DNA from: Nitrospirota bacterium
Lineage (GTDB): Bacteria > Nitrospirota > Thermodesulfovibrionia > Thermodesulfovibrionales > Dissulfurispiraceae
Direction of reading: 5' to 3'
Length of the DNA stretch: 64,000 bases
Assembly (NCBI GenBank): GCA_963790025.1
Contig: CAWBMP010000003.1
Location: 1 to 64,000 of the forward strand
The position numbers were made by a program, and so were the translations under genes. The notes under the pieces were generated by a model that was given only the letters and a program-made list of their open reading frames with translations, had not been told where the DNA came from and made no database searches. Shown here piece by piece: positions 21,297 through 31,788 of this stretch (positions are counted from its first letter, which is position 1; each line of letters opens with the position of its first letter).

Positions 21297-22352
21297 ATGT
21301 CTGAGATCAGGTTCGAGCGCAGTGTATCCAGTGTGAAAATACTGAATCCTTTAAGGGATTTTGGTGAAGATATTCAAAGCCTGGAATTACGGAAAGACCC
21401 ACTTCTTGGACATACAAGCGTTTACAATCCATTCCTCAAGGAAAAGGTGAAATTCTTCTTTGGTGAAAACGATCCCGAACTTGTGAAGAAGTTGACAGAT
21501 GACAGTGCCAAAAAATGTTTTTTTTGCAGTCACTCCATCGAGAAGAGTACCCCCCAATATCCTCCTGAACTTCTTCCGGAAGGACGCCTCAGGGTGGGTG
21601 AAGCAGTCTTGTTTCCGAATCTCTATCCCATTGGGAAGTACCATTCCGTTATCGTCCTTAGTAATGCACATTTCCTGAGACTTTCTGAATTTGCACCGGA
21701 AATAATTGGAAACGGCTTCAGGGCAGCTCAGAAGTTCGTGAATTTGGTTTATGACAGGGACCCTTCTCCCCTATTTGTTGCCGTAAACGCAAATTATTTA
21801 TTTCCCGCAGGAGCCACCCTGGTCCATCCACATCTGCAAATGCTTATTACGTCCGCCCCCTATTCATTTCACGAAAGACTTATCGATACCTGCAGTTCCT
21901 ATCATCAGAGCAACGGCTCGTGCTATTTTCTCGATCTGACAAAAAAAGAAATGGAGATTGATTTGCGGTATATAGCCGGGAAAGGGGGCTGGCATTGGCT
22001 CGCAGCTTTTGCTCCATCTGGAAACAATGAAATCATTGCCGTACATGAAGAGAGAAGCGATTTCGGTCTCCTGAGCAGTGAGGACCTCAAAAACCTTGCC
22101 TCCGGTATTTCGAAGGTGCTCCTTTTTTACGAGGACCTCGGACATTTGAGTTTTAACTACACAATTCTATCAGTCAGGGACCCTGCCTATAAGGAGAGTT
22201 CCCGCTGCATGTTGAAGATAATCAGCAGGCAAAACCTTTATCCCAATTACAGGAATGATGACTATTTCCTTCAAAAGCTGCTTCACTCGGAAGTGATCAT
22301 CAACCTGCCGGAAGAACTTGCTGCGAAACTTAAAGGTTATTTCAAGCCATAA
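21297..22352 (+). CDS. GalT-like HIT-superfamily nucleotidyltransferase
   Basis: ELRKDPL, CFFC, FPNLYP, GATLVHPHLQ. Confidence 0.75.
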   Translation: MSEIRFERSVSSVKILNPLRDFGEDIQSLELRKDPLLGHTSVYNPFLKEKVKFFFGENDPELVKKLTDDSAKKCFFCSHSIEKSTPQYPPELLPEGRLRVGEAVLFPNLYPIGKYHSVIVLSNAHFLRLSEFAPEIIGNGFRAAQKFVNLVYDRDPSPLFVAVNANYLFPAGATLVHPHLQMLITSAPYSFHERLIDTCSSYHQSNGSCYFLDLTKKEMEIDLRYIAGKGGWHWLAAFAPSGNNEIIAVHEERSDFGLLSSEDLKNLASGISKVLLFYEDLGHLSFNYTILSVRDPAYKESSRCMLKIISRQNLYPNYRNDDYFLQKLLHSEVIINLPEELAAKLKGYFKP

Positions 22353-22375
22353 GCATATAATATACGTCGCAGGGC

Positions 22376-22753
22376 TTATTCCATTGTCTTGACTTTAGAC
22401 AAGCCAACACCGGAGTCGGAGTCTTTATATTCCCCGCAGCCGCTGCCTTTGGTTTCGGCCCCAACAATTGTGTCCTCGGGATTTATTTCCCAATGCAGAG
22501 AACAATCCTTGCTGAGTGGTTCAACATAGACATAGTTCCCATTGGCAAGTGGATAGGTAGTTTCTTTCCATCCAATTGTTGAGGGATATGAACCAGGTTT
22601 ATTTAATGCCCGTTTAAGTTCTGTCAAGGGTCGTGCCATATATTCATTTTTGTGATTTTCAAGAACTAGTTGCTGGCTTGCGCAGCCATACAGGAACACC
22701 GCGAACAAAAGGAAAAACCATTTCGTGGACAACAAAATTGATCGATATTTCAT
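22376..22753 (-). CDS. Putative lipoprotein
   Basis: Lipobox LYGC. Confidence 0.7.
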   Translation of the reverse strand: MKYRSILLSTKWFFLLFAVFLYGCASQQLVLENHKNEYMARPLTELKRALNKPGSYPSTIGWKETTYPLANGNYVYVEPLSKDCSLHWEINPEDTIVGAETKGSGCGEYKDSDSGVGLSKVKTME

Positions 22754-22811
22754 GATCTGATCCTCGCCACTTTTCTGTTATGAGACATCATATTATAGCA
22801 AATGTGCGTGT

Positions 22812-23210
22812 TTATTTGAACTGTGGAAATAAACTCAGCAATCTCCAGCCCTCTTTTCCATTCTCTGCCACATAGGCCCATTCCTCCGTATCATGCACTG
22901 TTCTCACCCTGGGTGAAGAAAAGGTATAGTAATCGATCTCTACCTGTACGCTTGCCGTGCGGTTTTCCGCGTTGTATCGCGTACTGACGATACGGTAATC
23001 TGTAACCAGCACCTCCTTTGCAGCCTTTGCCCTCGACATAAACTCTTTCACAATGGACTCTTTGGCAAACATGACTGCAGTGTCAAATTCATGCCAGAGC
23101 AGCGATTCATTATATGCATGAAGACTCTTATCAAGATCTTCCCGAATACCGTAAGTGCTGCATCCGACAAAAAAAAGAACTATGAATAAGGGTAACAATA
23201 TGTTTTTCAT
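22812..23210 (-). CDS. Putative lipoprotein
   Basis: Lipobox FVGC. Confidence 0.75.
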   Translation of the reverse strand: MKNILLPLFIVLFFVGCSTYGIREDLDKSLHAYNESLLWHEFDTAVMFAKESIVKEFMSRAKAAKEVLVTDYRIVSTRYNAENRTASVQVEIDYYTFSSPRVRTVHDTEEWAYVAENGKEGWRLLSLFPQFK

Positions 23211-23281
23211 CTATCGGCTTTATCTCTAAATAAATATATGCTAGTATTAATATAAGATAAATATCTATTTATATCAATTGC

Positions 23282-23454
23282 GGGTAGTGGGCCAGTTTGT
23301 TTTTTGCTCTGGATCAGCCGGGTTATCAGTAGTGGGCTGGTATCGCCCAGCCCACATATCGAGAAATGGCTGCAAGAGGTAATTTTCAGTACTTGCTGTG
23401 ATTGGAAACGAAAGACTATTTGAGCCAGGGCAAAAACAAACTGGCCCACTACCC
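23282..23454 (+). repeat. Long palindromic element with GTAG ends (REPIN/MITE-like)
   Basis: About 30-bp arms 23282-23312 / 23425-23454 plus internal hairpins. Confidence 0.75.
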
Positions 23455-23471
23455 AATCGCGAGAGATCTTT

Positions 23472-24101
23472 ATGACGGATAAACGCACTATTAAGGCCTT
23501 GCTCATCGAAGACGACCCGGCAGACGTCGCCTTGATAGCCGGAATTCTCTCGTCGGAAGATGATGACGTTCAAATCGACCTGGAGCGCGTGGAGAGGTTG
23601 TGCTCGGCTCTTGACCGCCTGGGAAAAGAAGAGTTTGAAGTCATTCTAGCGGACCTTTCGTTGCCGGACAGCAGGGGAATCGAAACTTTCGTCAAAATCC
23701 ATGATCATTTCCCCAATATCCCGATAATCGTGCTTACCGGGCTCGATGACAAGGACATAACTCTGACTACAGTCCGCAAAGGCGCACAGGACTATCTTAT
23801 AAAAGGACGTGTCGACAGGGACCTTTTAGTTCGGTCCATCCTATACTGCATCGAGCGGCAGAAGTTGCTGGTAGAACTTGAAACGAGAATGAAAGAGATA
23901 AAAACGCTCAGGGGCATGATCCCCATATGCGCCTGGTGCAAAAAGATACGTGACGACGCCGGTTACTGGAAAATAGTTGAAGAGTATATAGAGGAACATA
24001 CTTACGCGGCATTTACTCACGGCATGTGCGAGGAATGCGCCCAAAAGGCCCTTGCCGAACTCGAACAGCGAAAGAAAAGGGGACTCATAAAGGATGAATG
24101 A
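23472..24101 (+). CDS. Response regulator with C-terminal CxxC...HxxCxxC domain
   Basis: IEDD, ILADLSLPD, DYLIK; ICAWCKKIRDD, THGMCEEC. Confidence 0.88.
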   Translation: MTDKRTIKALLIEDDPADVALIAGILSSEDDDVQIDLERVERLCSALDRLGKEEFEVILADLSLPDSRGIETFVKIHDHFPNIPIIVLTGLDDKDITLTTVRKGAQDYLIKGRVDRDLLVRSILYCIERQKLLVELETRMKEIKTLRGMIPICAWCKKIRDDAGYWKIVEEYIEEHTYAAFTHGMCEECAQKALAELEQRKKRGLIKDE

Positions 24102-24115
24102 TATTAGTATTTATT

Positions 24116-25060
24116 TTACAAAAAAAGAGGGTCTTTGCGTAATGAAAGTATCTTCTTTGCCTGCCTGATATCTTTGTCGATATGCTCCATGAGTTCCTGC
24201 ACAGACGTAAACTTTTTCTCTTCCCTGATTTTATCAATGAAGTGAATTCTCAGGTTTTCTCCAAGAAGATTTCGATCGAAGTCGAAAAGATGTACTTCGT
24301 AGCTTATTGCCGTTTCACTGAATGTCGGATTGCTCCCTATATTGGCTACGCCATCGAACACCTCTCTTTTCATTGATACCCTCACGGCATACACGCCTTC
24401 TTTAGGTATCAGCTCGTTGAGCGTGGTAATGTTTGCAGTGGGAGTATGGAGGAGCGGTCCGCCTCTGCCTGCGCCTTTTATAACGGTACCGCCGATATGA
24501 TAAGCCCTTCCGAGCATCGATGAGGCCTCAGAGACCCTTCCCCTGAGCAGGAGACTGCGTATCTTGCTGCTGCTGACAATGCCGTCATCAACTCTTGCGT
24601 AGCGGACCACGTGGACCCTGAATCCATATTTTCTCCCTTTGACCCTGAGCGTTGACGTTGTGCCCTTCTTGCCTTTTCCAAAAGCATATTTATGCCCTAC
24701 AATGACCCACTTTGCGCCGATCATATCAACAAGGACATTTTTTATGAAGTCATCGGGATCGGTATGGGCGAAATTCTTGCTGAAACTGATACAAATGAGT
24801 GCCTTTATACCTATTTCCCCAATAAGTGTTTGTTTATCGTCAGGGATATTTATCATTTTGAGCCCGCGTTCCGGCGCAAGAACACGCACGGGATGAGGCT
24901 GAAAAGTTATGGCGATTGGGGTGCCGCCTATTTCTTCCGCTTTATCAACAACCTGGTTAAATATTTTTTGATGACCGAGATGTACCCCATCAAAATTGCC
25001 TATGGTGACCACAGGGTTTTTAAACGCAAGCGGTTTGCTCAAATCTCTAATTATTTCCAT
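24116..25060 (-). CDS. ribF: Riboflavin kinase/FAD synthetase
   Basis: IGNFDGVHLGHQ, VSSSKIR, PTAN. Confidence 0.93.
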   Translation of the reverse strand: MEIIRDLSKPLAFKNPVVTIGNFDGVHLGHQKIFNQVVDKAEEIGGTPIAITFQPHPVRVLAPERGLKMINIPDDKQTLIGEIGIKALICISFSKNFAHTDPDDFIKNVLVDMIGAKWVIVGHKYAFGKGKKGTTSTLRVKGRKYGFRVHVVRYARVDDGIVSSSKIRSLLLRGRVSEASSMLGRAYHIGGTVIKGAGRGGPLLHTPTANITTLNELIPKEGVYAVRVSMKREVFDGVANIGSNPTFSETAISYEVHLFDFDRNLLGENLRIHFIDKIREEKKFTSVQELMEHIDKDIRQAKKILSLRKDPLFL

Positions 25061-25685
25061 AAATATTACCCGGCGCACTACGGATGCCACCCATTGCCAG
25101 GGCGGTCAATTCACGATGAATCTCTGCAACCTGCTCCCTGGTGGTGTCCAGTCCCCGGCTGTTATCTATACGATAATCGGAACGGCTTATTTTCATTTCA
25201 ATGGGAAACTGACTTTTCAGGCGTTTCAGCGCATCGGCTTCAGGGATGCCTTTTACCAGGAGATGTTGAAGGGCGGTATCCTCGGATGTATAAACCGTTA
25301 TTATCCTGTCGAACCGATTTTGATAACTTCTCTCGAACAGCAGAGGCACTTCTATCACCACAACGGCGTCGCCGTCGGTCTGTGACACTTCAGACAGTTT
25401 TTTTTCTATTTTATCAAATACACGGGGGTGGAGAATATCCTCCAGTGATATTCTGAGAGGCGCGGACTCGAAGACGATATCCGCGAGCATTTTTTTGTTT
25501 ACCGTATTGTCCCGGACAAGATCTTCGCCGAGGGCCTTTCTTATTTCGTTGATTACTTCAGGGTCGTTGAGCAGTTCTCCCACTATGACATCGGTGTCCA
25601 TGGTCACAGCCCCAAGTTCCCTGAACATCTTTGATACGGTGCTCTTACCCATCCCGTAATTTCCGGTCAGACCGACAACTATCAT
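25047..25685 (-). CDS. coaE: Dephospho-CoA kinase
   Basis: GLTGNYGMGKST, ILHP, EVPLLFE. Confidence 0.9.
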   Translation of the reverse strand: MIVVGLTGNYGMGKSTVSKMFRELGAVTMDTDVIVGELLNDPEVINEIRKALGEDLVRDNTVNKKMLADIVFESAPLRISLEDILHPRVFDKIEKKLSEVSQTDGDAVVVIEVPLLFERSYQNRFDRIITVYTSEDTALQHLLVKGIPEADALKRLKSQFPIEMKISRSDYRIDNSRGLDTTREQVAEIHRELTALAMGGIRSAPGNIYGNN

Positions 25686-28273
25686 ACGGTCCCCCCGGCC
25701 TTCTTTTTCAGTTCTTCCAACTTTTTGAGGGCCTTTTGGGGCGTTAGTGAAGCCATGTCAAGGGAAAGAAGCTCCAGGGTAACAGGGTCTCCGCTGAAGA
25801 AAAGATCCATTTGAGCATTATAGGGCACCAGTGCCTTAGATTCCTTTTTTTCGAGCATGTCGAGTACTGCCTTTGCCCGTTCGATTATCACACCGGGAAG
25901 CCCCGCCAGTCTGGCAACCTGTATTCCGTAACTCTTATCTGCCGGACCGGCTTCAATTTTTCTCAGGAATATTACTTCATCTCCCCATTCCCTGACTACA
26001 ACATTATAGTTTTTGACGCCCTCCTTGCCGAGCGCAAGTTCGGTAAGTTCGTTATAATGCGTGGCGAAGAGCGTCCGGGCTTTTATATTGTCCACAAGAT
26101 ATTCGGCAACTGCCCAGGCTATGCTTATGCCGTCAAACGTGCTCGTACCCCTGCCTACCTCGTCGAGCAATACCAGGCTTCTGTCCGTAGCATTATTAAT
26201 AATATTGGCGGCTTCCACCATTTCTACCATGAATGTGCTCTGTCCCCTGCTGATGAAATCGGAGGCCCCTATACGGGTGAATATTCTGTCCACAATTCCT
26301 ATCTTTGAGTTGGCCGCAGGTACAAAAGATCCTATTTGGCCCATGAGCACGATAAGGGCCACCTGTCGCATATAAGTTGACTTGCCGGCCATGTTCGGAC
26401 CTGTAATGACAAGCAGCCTGTTGTCCCTGCAGTCCATATGAGTATCGTTTGGAATGAATTTCTCATCTCCTGAGGAAATGCTGCGTGTATTGATCAGCCT
26501 TTCAATGACAGGATGCCTCCCATCGGCTATTTCCAGCTCATCATCATCCGATATGAGCGGCCTGTTGTAACCATGCCGCTTTGCGACAACAGCTAATGCC
26601 ACAAGAAAATCAATGACGGCAAGCAGCAAGGAGGAGTGCAGGAGCCTGGTGGTGTATTTCTGAATTCCGTCAAGAATAGAAAGAAAAAGCGTGTACTCAA
26701 GCTCTTTAAGGCGGTCCTCGGCGCCCAAGACCTTTGTTTCGTATTCCTTGAGATCAGGGGTCATAAAACGCTCGCCATTAACAAGTGTCTGCTTGCGCAC
26801 GTAATCATCGGGTACAAGATGGAGATTGGATTTCGTGACCTCAATATAATAGCCGTATATTTTATTGAAGCCCACTTTAAGCGAGTTTATGCCGGTCCGC
26901 TGCCGTTCGTCGGCCTCAAGCCCTGCAATGAAGTCCTTTCCGCTGACCGAGATGTTTCTAAGTTCATCAACCTCTTTGTTAAACCCTTTTTTAAGTATAC
27001 CTCCCTCCTTCGGACTGACCGGCGGGTTATCCACTATACTGAAGTCAATCAAATCTTCAAGTTCAGGAAATTCCGGCAGCTCACTGCCTATTTCCCTGAT
27101 ATAAGGGTCTTCAGAGGAAGTAAGATGTTTTTTTATTTCAGGCAGATGTTTAATGGAAACGCCAAGGGCAATAACGTCTCTTGGACCTGCCGAACGCGCT
27201 ACGATACGTGAGACTATGCGGTCGATATCCTGTATTTTTCTCAATATCGTCCTGAGTTCCTCCATGAGCTCATAATCATCGATTATGGCGCTGACAGCAC
27301 CCTGACGTTTCATGATATCCGGTGATGAGAGCAGGGGCCTTGTTATTGCGCTTCTGAGGAACCTTCCTCCCATCGGGGTGAGCGTTTCGTCCAGGACCCA
27401 CAGCAGGGAGCCTTCAGGAGTACCGTCTTTAAGATTGTGAGTGATCTCGAGGTTCCGTATTGTTGCTGCATCCAAAAACATGTGCTCGGACTGGTTGGCA
27501 ACTGAAATTTTTTTAAAAGTCAGGTATTTCTGTGTCTCCTCAAGGTAGCTGATGAGGGCCCCGGCCGATGAGACGGCAGTATCCATATTGACCAGACCGT
27601 AACCATCGAGAGAGGAGACCTTGAAATATTTAAGCAGTGCTTTATATGCTTCGCCGAAATCGAAGTACCAGTCATCGTAATAGGAAATAAAATAGCCCCT
27701 GGACAATACCTCGAAGTGGAAATTGTTCTTCATACTCTGAGGGAAGAGTATTTCCCTGGGCTCGTACCTTGAAAGCTCATCGTCCAGTGGTTTATCGGTT
27801 TCATATACAATGAATTCACCCGTTGAAAAGTCGGCCACAGTAATCCCGAGCCTGCCCTGGCGGGCAATGACGCTCATAATGTATGCATTCTCTTTTGGCT
27901 GCTCGGGCATGTGGGTGCCGGGCGTTATCACACGCACCACTTCCCGCTGGATTATTCCTTTTTCCTGGCCTTTTGAAATTTTGGGGTCATCGACCTGTTC
28001 GCAAATGGCAACTTTATGGCCCGCCTTAATAAGCTTTGAAATATAGGTGTCGACCGAGAAATAAGGCACCCCGCACATTGGAGTCGGTTCATCTTTGTTT
28101 TTGTCCCTGCTTGTCAGAGCTATTTGCAATATGCGTGCAGCGAGCCTTGCATCATCGTCAAACATCTCATAGAAGTCACCAAGCCTGAAGAGCACAATGG
28201 TGTCGGGATATTTTTCTTTGATGCTGTTGTATTGCTTCATCACAGGAGTTAATTCAGACACCGGAAACCTCAC
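25682..28273 (-). CDS. mutS: DNA mismatch repair protein MutS
   Basis: GDFYEMF, TGPNMAGKSTYMRQ, DEVGRGT, QMDLF clamp-binding motif. Confidence 0.96.
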   Translation of the reverse strand: MRFPVSELTPVMKQYNSIKEKYPDTIVLFRLGDFYEMFDDDARLAARILQIALTSRDKNKDEPTPMCGVPYFSVDTYISKLIKAGHKVAICEQVDDPKISKGQEKGIIQREVVRVITPGTHMPEQPKENAYIMSVIARQGRLGITVADFSTGEFIVYETDKPLDDELSRYEPREILFPQSMKNNFHFEVLSRGYFISYYDDWYFDFGEAYKALLKYFKVSSLDGYGLVNMDTAVSSAGALISYLEETQKYLTFKKISVANQSEHMFLDAATIRNLEITHNLKDGTPEGSLLWVLDETLTPMGGRFLRSAITRPLLSSPDIMKRQGAVSAIIDDYELMEELRTILRKIQDIDRIVSRIVARSAGPRDVIALGVSIKHLPEIKKHLTSSEDPYIREIGSELPEFPELEDLIDFSIVDNPPVSPKEGGILKKGFNKEVDELRNISVSGKDFIAGLEADERQRTGINSLKVGFNKIYGYYIEVTKSNLHLVPDDYVRKQTLVNGERFMTPDLKEYETKVLGAEDRLKELEYTLFLSILDGIQKYTTRLLHSSLLLAVIDFLVALAVVAKRHGYNRPLISDDDELEIADGRHPVIERLINTRSISSGDEKFIPNDTHMDCRDNRLLVITGPNMAGKSTYMRQVALIVLMGQIGSFVPAANSKIGIVDRIFTRIGASDFISRGQSTFMVEMVEAANIINNATDRSLVLLDEVGRGTSTFDGISIAWAVAEYLVDNIKARTLFATHYNELTELALGKEGVKNYNVVVREWGDEVIFLRKIEAGPADKSYGIQVARLAGLPGVIIERAKAVLDMLEKKESKALVPYNAQMDLFFSGDPVTLELLSLDMASLTPQKALKKLEELKKKAGGTV

Positions 28274-28451
28274 ATTTAATATATAATACTTTGCATTATA
28301 CTACAGACAGGGCAGGTATATGAAACAAAAGAAGTGTCAGAGTATCAGAGTGTCAATAAATCAGAGTATAAGGACTTTCAGAGACTCTCCCATCACACTT
28401 TGGCGCTCTGAAACTTTGACACCTGAAATGTATATTTGTTACTTTTAACCT

Positions 28452-29649
28452 ATGGATAAACTGACTGAAAAAGATATTATCGAAAGGATCAAAGTCGGAT
28501 ATTCCCTGCCATCACTGTCGGTAGTCGCCATCAAACTTGTCGAAATCGCATCAAACGAATACTCTTCCCTGCATGAAATGGCAGAACTCATTGAGAAGGA
28601 CCCGGGGCTTACGGTCCGCCTGATAAAAATTGCCAACAGTGTATTTTTCAGAGCAATAGAGCCAATATCGACTGTAGAGCAATCCATCATGAGAGTGGGC
28701 TGCGACCATTTAAGAGTTATGGCATTATCATTGTCGCTGAGAGACACATTTCCGATGGGCAGAGTCGGACCTATGGATTATGAGAAATTCTGGCGTTATT
28801 CTCTTTATCAGGCCTTGATTGCAAAATCTTTTGCCCAGAAACTCCGAACATGCAACCCAGAGGAGGCATTTGTTGCCGGTCTTTTACTTGAGATAGGGCT
28901 GCTCATATTCTTTGACCTTTATGTAAAGGGTAAAGAAGCTGAAAGGAACCTGGATCTTCATCCGCTGGAGGCGCTCCTTGCATGGGAGACCGAGCATCAC
29001 GGGACCAACCACCGCCAGATCGGAGCTGCTGCGCTAAGTCATTGGAAATTCCCTCCACGTATTATCGAATGCCAAAATTTTTATAATATTGAATCAAAAG
29101 AAGGAAATCTCCCCCCCATGGCCCTGATATGCGAAATGGCGCGTGAATGCACAGCACTCATATGCAAAGAATCGATGGAGTGGGGCCCGCTTTTTCACAA
29201 GGCTGAAGCGATATACGGCATAGACCAGGACATGCTCTCGGATATTCTTATATCCACATTTGATGAGGTGCAGCAGGTCGCCGATGGTCTCAAGGTCGAT
29301 ATGAACAAGGACAAGGACCTTCTCGGGCTTGTCGAGAAGGCGAACCTGTCTATTAGCGAGCTTTCAGAAGAAGATGCTGACGCTGCAGCAAACAGCATTA
29401 AAACAAGGCCTGCCGTCTTTTGAAAATATGGGTGATCTTAAGAACTATCCTGACGCAAGAGATACGCTGCAGGCCGTCGCCCATGAGATAAGGAACCCCC
29501 TGCTTGCAGTCAGCGGTTTTGCTAAAAAACTTTCAGGATCTCTTGACCCCTCTTCTGACGGATGGAAATACGTTCAGATTATTATTGATGAATCACTCAG
29601 GCTTGAAACTGCACTGTCAAAAATGACCTCCCCCGACAAATGCAAATAA
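28452..29649 (+). pseudogene. HDOD + HisKA-like protein split by a frameshift near 29370
   Basis: HDOD in 28452-29423; H-box AHEIRNPL in the +1 frame ending at 29649. Confidence 0.7.
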
Positions 29650-29737
29650 AGCCTGCCCAACTATTTGAAAAAAGTCTTTAGTTGTCTGTATATTTCTGTT
29701 AAACTGAAACTAATTTTTGGGAGGGATACCGCGGGTC

Positions 29738-31297
29738 ATGCAGGAAAAGATGCAAAGTGCCAAGGATTTGATTTCGAAGCGGTTGTACGAACACAACGAT
29801 TTCCCTGCCATTTCGAATACGATTAAAATTATTAATCAATTCAAGATTACAGAAGATACCTCAGTTTCAGAATTTGCCAATATTATTTTGAAGGATTATG
29901 CTTTAACAACAAAAGTTCTAAAGCTTGTCAACAGTGTCAACTATGCACAGTTCGGGGAAGTTACCACTATATCGCGTGCAATCATTCTCCTGGGCTTTGA
30001 AAACATTAAAAATCTTGCTCTTACTCTTTTGCTTTTTGATCATTTTCAAAAAAACTGCTCCAATATTGAGTTCATGGATACAATGGTCAAATCCCTCTAC
30101 AGCGGAATATTGGCACAGAAGATATCTGATGATATAAATTTCTCCGATAAGGAAGAAGCGTTTATCTGTTCTCTTTTCCATAATTTCGGCAAAATGCTGG
30201 TATCCTTTGCCTTGCCGGATAAAACAGAGGAAATAAAGTTGATCAGCCGTGAAAAAGGTATTTCAGAAGATAAGGCAGCCCAGTCGGTCCTCGGTGCCGG
30301 TTACCAGGAAGTGGGCATGGAAATGGCCAGGGAATGGCATTTCCCGAATAAAATCATCCATAGCATGCACAGACTGAGCGGGATGGAAATCACATCGACG
30401 TCAAGTGACCTGGACAAGCTTACCGGTATTTCTTTTTTTGCCAACGAAATCTCCGGCATACTGTCGGGCAGTACGGAAAAAAAAGATATGGACGAGAAAG
30501 TCTGTAAACTTGTAGACAGGTTTAGACCTCAATTTGGGGGGCTGGATCCAGACCTTGCCGGCATTATTTCTGCAAGTCTGGCGGACCTGAATGAGTTTTC
30601 CGCCATTTTCAATGTGACCCTGGAAACGGTCCCTTTTAACCGGAAGTTGGTAATGTGGACCGATAAGGCAGTGGAGCCTCCTGCAATACCGCAAGAAATG
30701 GTGCTGGCGAACCTTACAACTGAAGCGCTCAAAACTATTGATATAATTTTTGAATCAGAAAAAGAAGACACGCCGGACAATATTTTTACTAAAGGCATTC
30801 AGGATATCAACAGTTCAATACTGAGCAGCTTGTCCCTGAACGATATTGTCAGGATTGTGCTTGAGACCATGTACAGAGGCATGCAGTTATCAGGCGAGGC
30901 CAAGGCCCTTTTCCTGGTAAAGGACACAAAGCTGCCTGTCCTGAATATCAGGTTCGGGTTCGGGAGCGGGATTGAGGAATTGAAGAAGTGGTTTAATATT
31001 ACACTCGGTGATTCGGGCGACATTTTCAATATGGCGATAGCAAAGCAGACTGACCTTGTCATCAAGGACAACGATGCGCCAGAAATTATAAAGCTGCTGC
31101 CAGACTGGTTCAAAAGCAAGGTATCTGCCAAAATCTTTATTGTCCTTTTACCTATAATAGTAAATAACAAGCCCATCGGGATGTTCTACGTTGAGGGGGA
31201 CAGGGACGGATTTCAGAAAATTTCCGGAAGCCATTTCAACTACTTGAAAATATTGCGTGACCAGACCGTCGTTGGAATCAAACAGAAGCATTGGTAA
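29738..31297 (+). CDS. HDOD domain protein with C-terminal GAF-like region
   Basis: ILKDYALTTKVLKLVNS, AFICSLFHNFG, EWHFP. Confidence 0.8.
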   Translation: MQEKMQSAKDLISKRLYEHNDFPAISNTIKIINQFKITEDTSVSEFANIILKDYALTTKVLKLVNSVNYAQFGEVTTISRAIILLGFENIKNLALTLLLFDHFQKNCSNIEFMDTMVKSLYSGILAQKISDDINFSDKEEAFICSLFHNFGKMLVSFALPDKTEEIKLISREKGISEDKAAQSVLGAGYQEVGMEMAREWHFPNKIIHSMHRLSGMEITSTSSDLDKLTGISFFANEISGILSGSTEKKDMDEKVCKLVDRFRPQFGGLDPDLAGIISASLADLNEFSAIFNVTLETVPFNRKLVMWTDKAVEPPAIPQEMVLANLTTEALKTIDIIFESEKEDTPDNIFTKGIQDINSSILSSLSLNDIVRIVLETMYRGMQLSGEAKALFLVKDTKLPVLNIRFGFGSGIEELKKWFNITLGDSGDIFNMAIAKQTDLVIKDNDAPEIIKLLPDWFKSKVSAKIFIVLLPIIVNNKPIGMFYVEGDRDGFQKISGSHFNYLKILRDQTVVGIKQKHW

Positions 31298-31300
31298 TTA

Positions 31301-31783
31301 ATGAAATACTTTGACCCGCAAATGTCATATGCCGCGAAGGAGGAGATACTCCGGAACATTGTCAGGGCCCATGAGGCTATACTGATCGAAGGGTGGACAG
31401 GTACAGGAAAGACTGTTACAGCGGTTAAGGCCCTCAAAGGGATGGGGAATGTTTATTATTATACCGAGCCTGTGAGAGACGAACTGCGGGACCTCAGCAA
31501 GTATAATGACAAGTTGAGTGTTGTGGGAAACCTCCGGGAGCTGTGTGACCTTAAGCCCGGAAAGCAGTGCATCGTCTTTGATAATCTGGACAATCTTGGC
31601 CGTGAAGCGCGTAGCATTTTAGAAAAAATGGTGCAGGAAAGGGCAGAGGACAGGAGAATAATCGTGATCGCGCAGGTGGTGCTCGACGCACAGGACATCC
31701 TGGAAAAAATGGACGTGGTTGTGCGCTTCAAGAAGAACACAGCAGAGATACTTCATTCGAAGCTGATTGACCTCGACGGTTGA
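31301..31783 (+). CDS. Small P-loop NTPase
   Basis: Walker A GWTGTGKT, Walker B-like IVFDN. Confidence 0.65.
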   Translation: MKYFDPQMSYAAKEEILRNIVRAHEAILIEGWTGTGKTVTAVKALKGMGNVYYYTEPVRDELRDLSKYNDKLSVVGNLRELCDLKPGKQCIVFDNLDNLGREARSILEKMVQERAEDRRIIVIAQVVLDAQDILEKMDVVVRFKKNTAEILHSKLIDLDG

Positions 31784-31788
31784 GGTAC

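Noticed and set aside
23207..23573. Two 99-aa minus-strand ORFs; possible hammerhead core near 23395-23415
   Set aside because: The ORFs overlap the palindrome; there is no CTGANGA core with proper stems.
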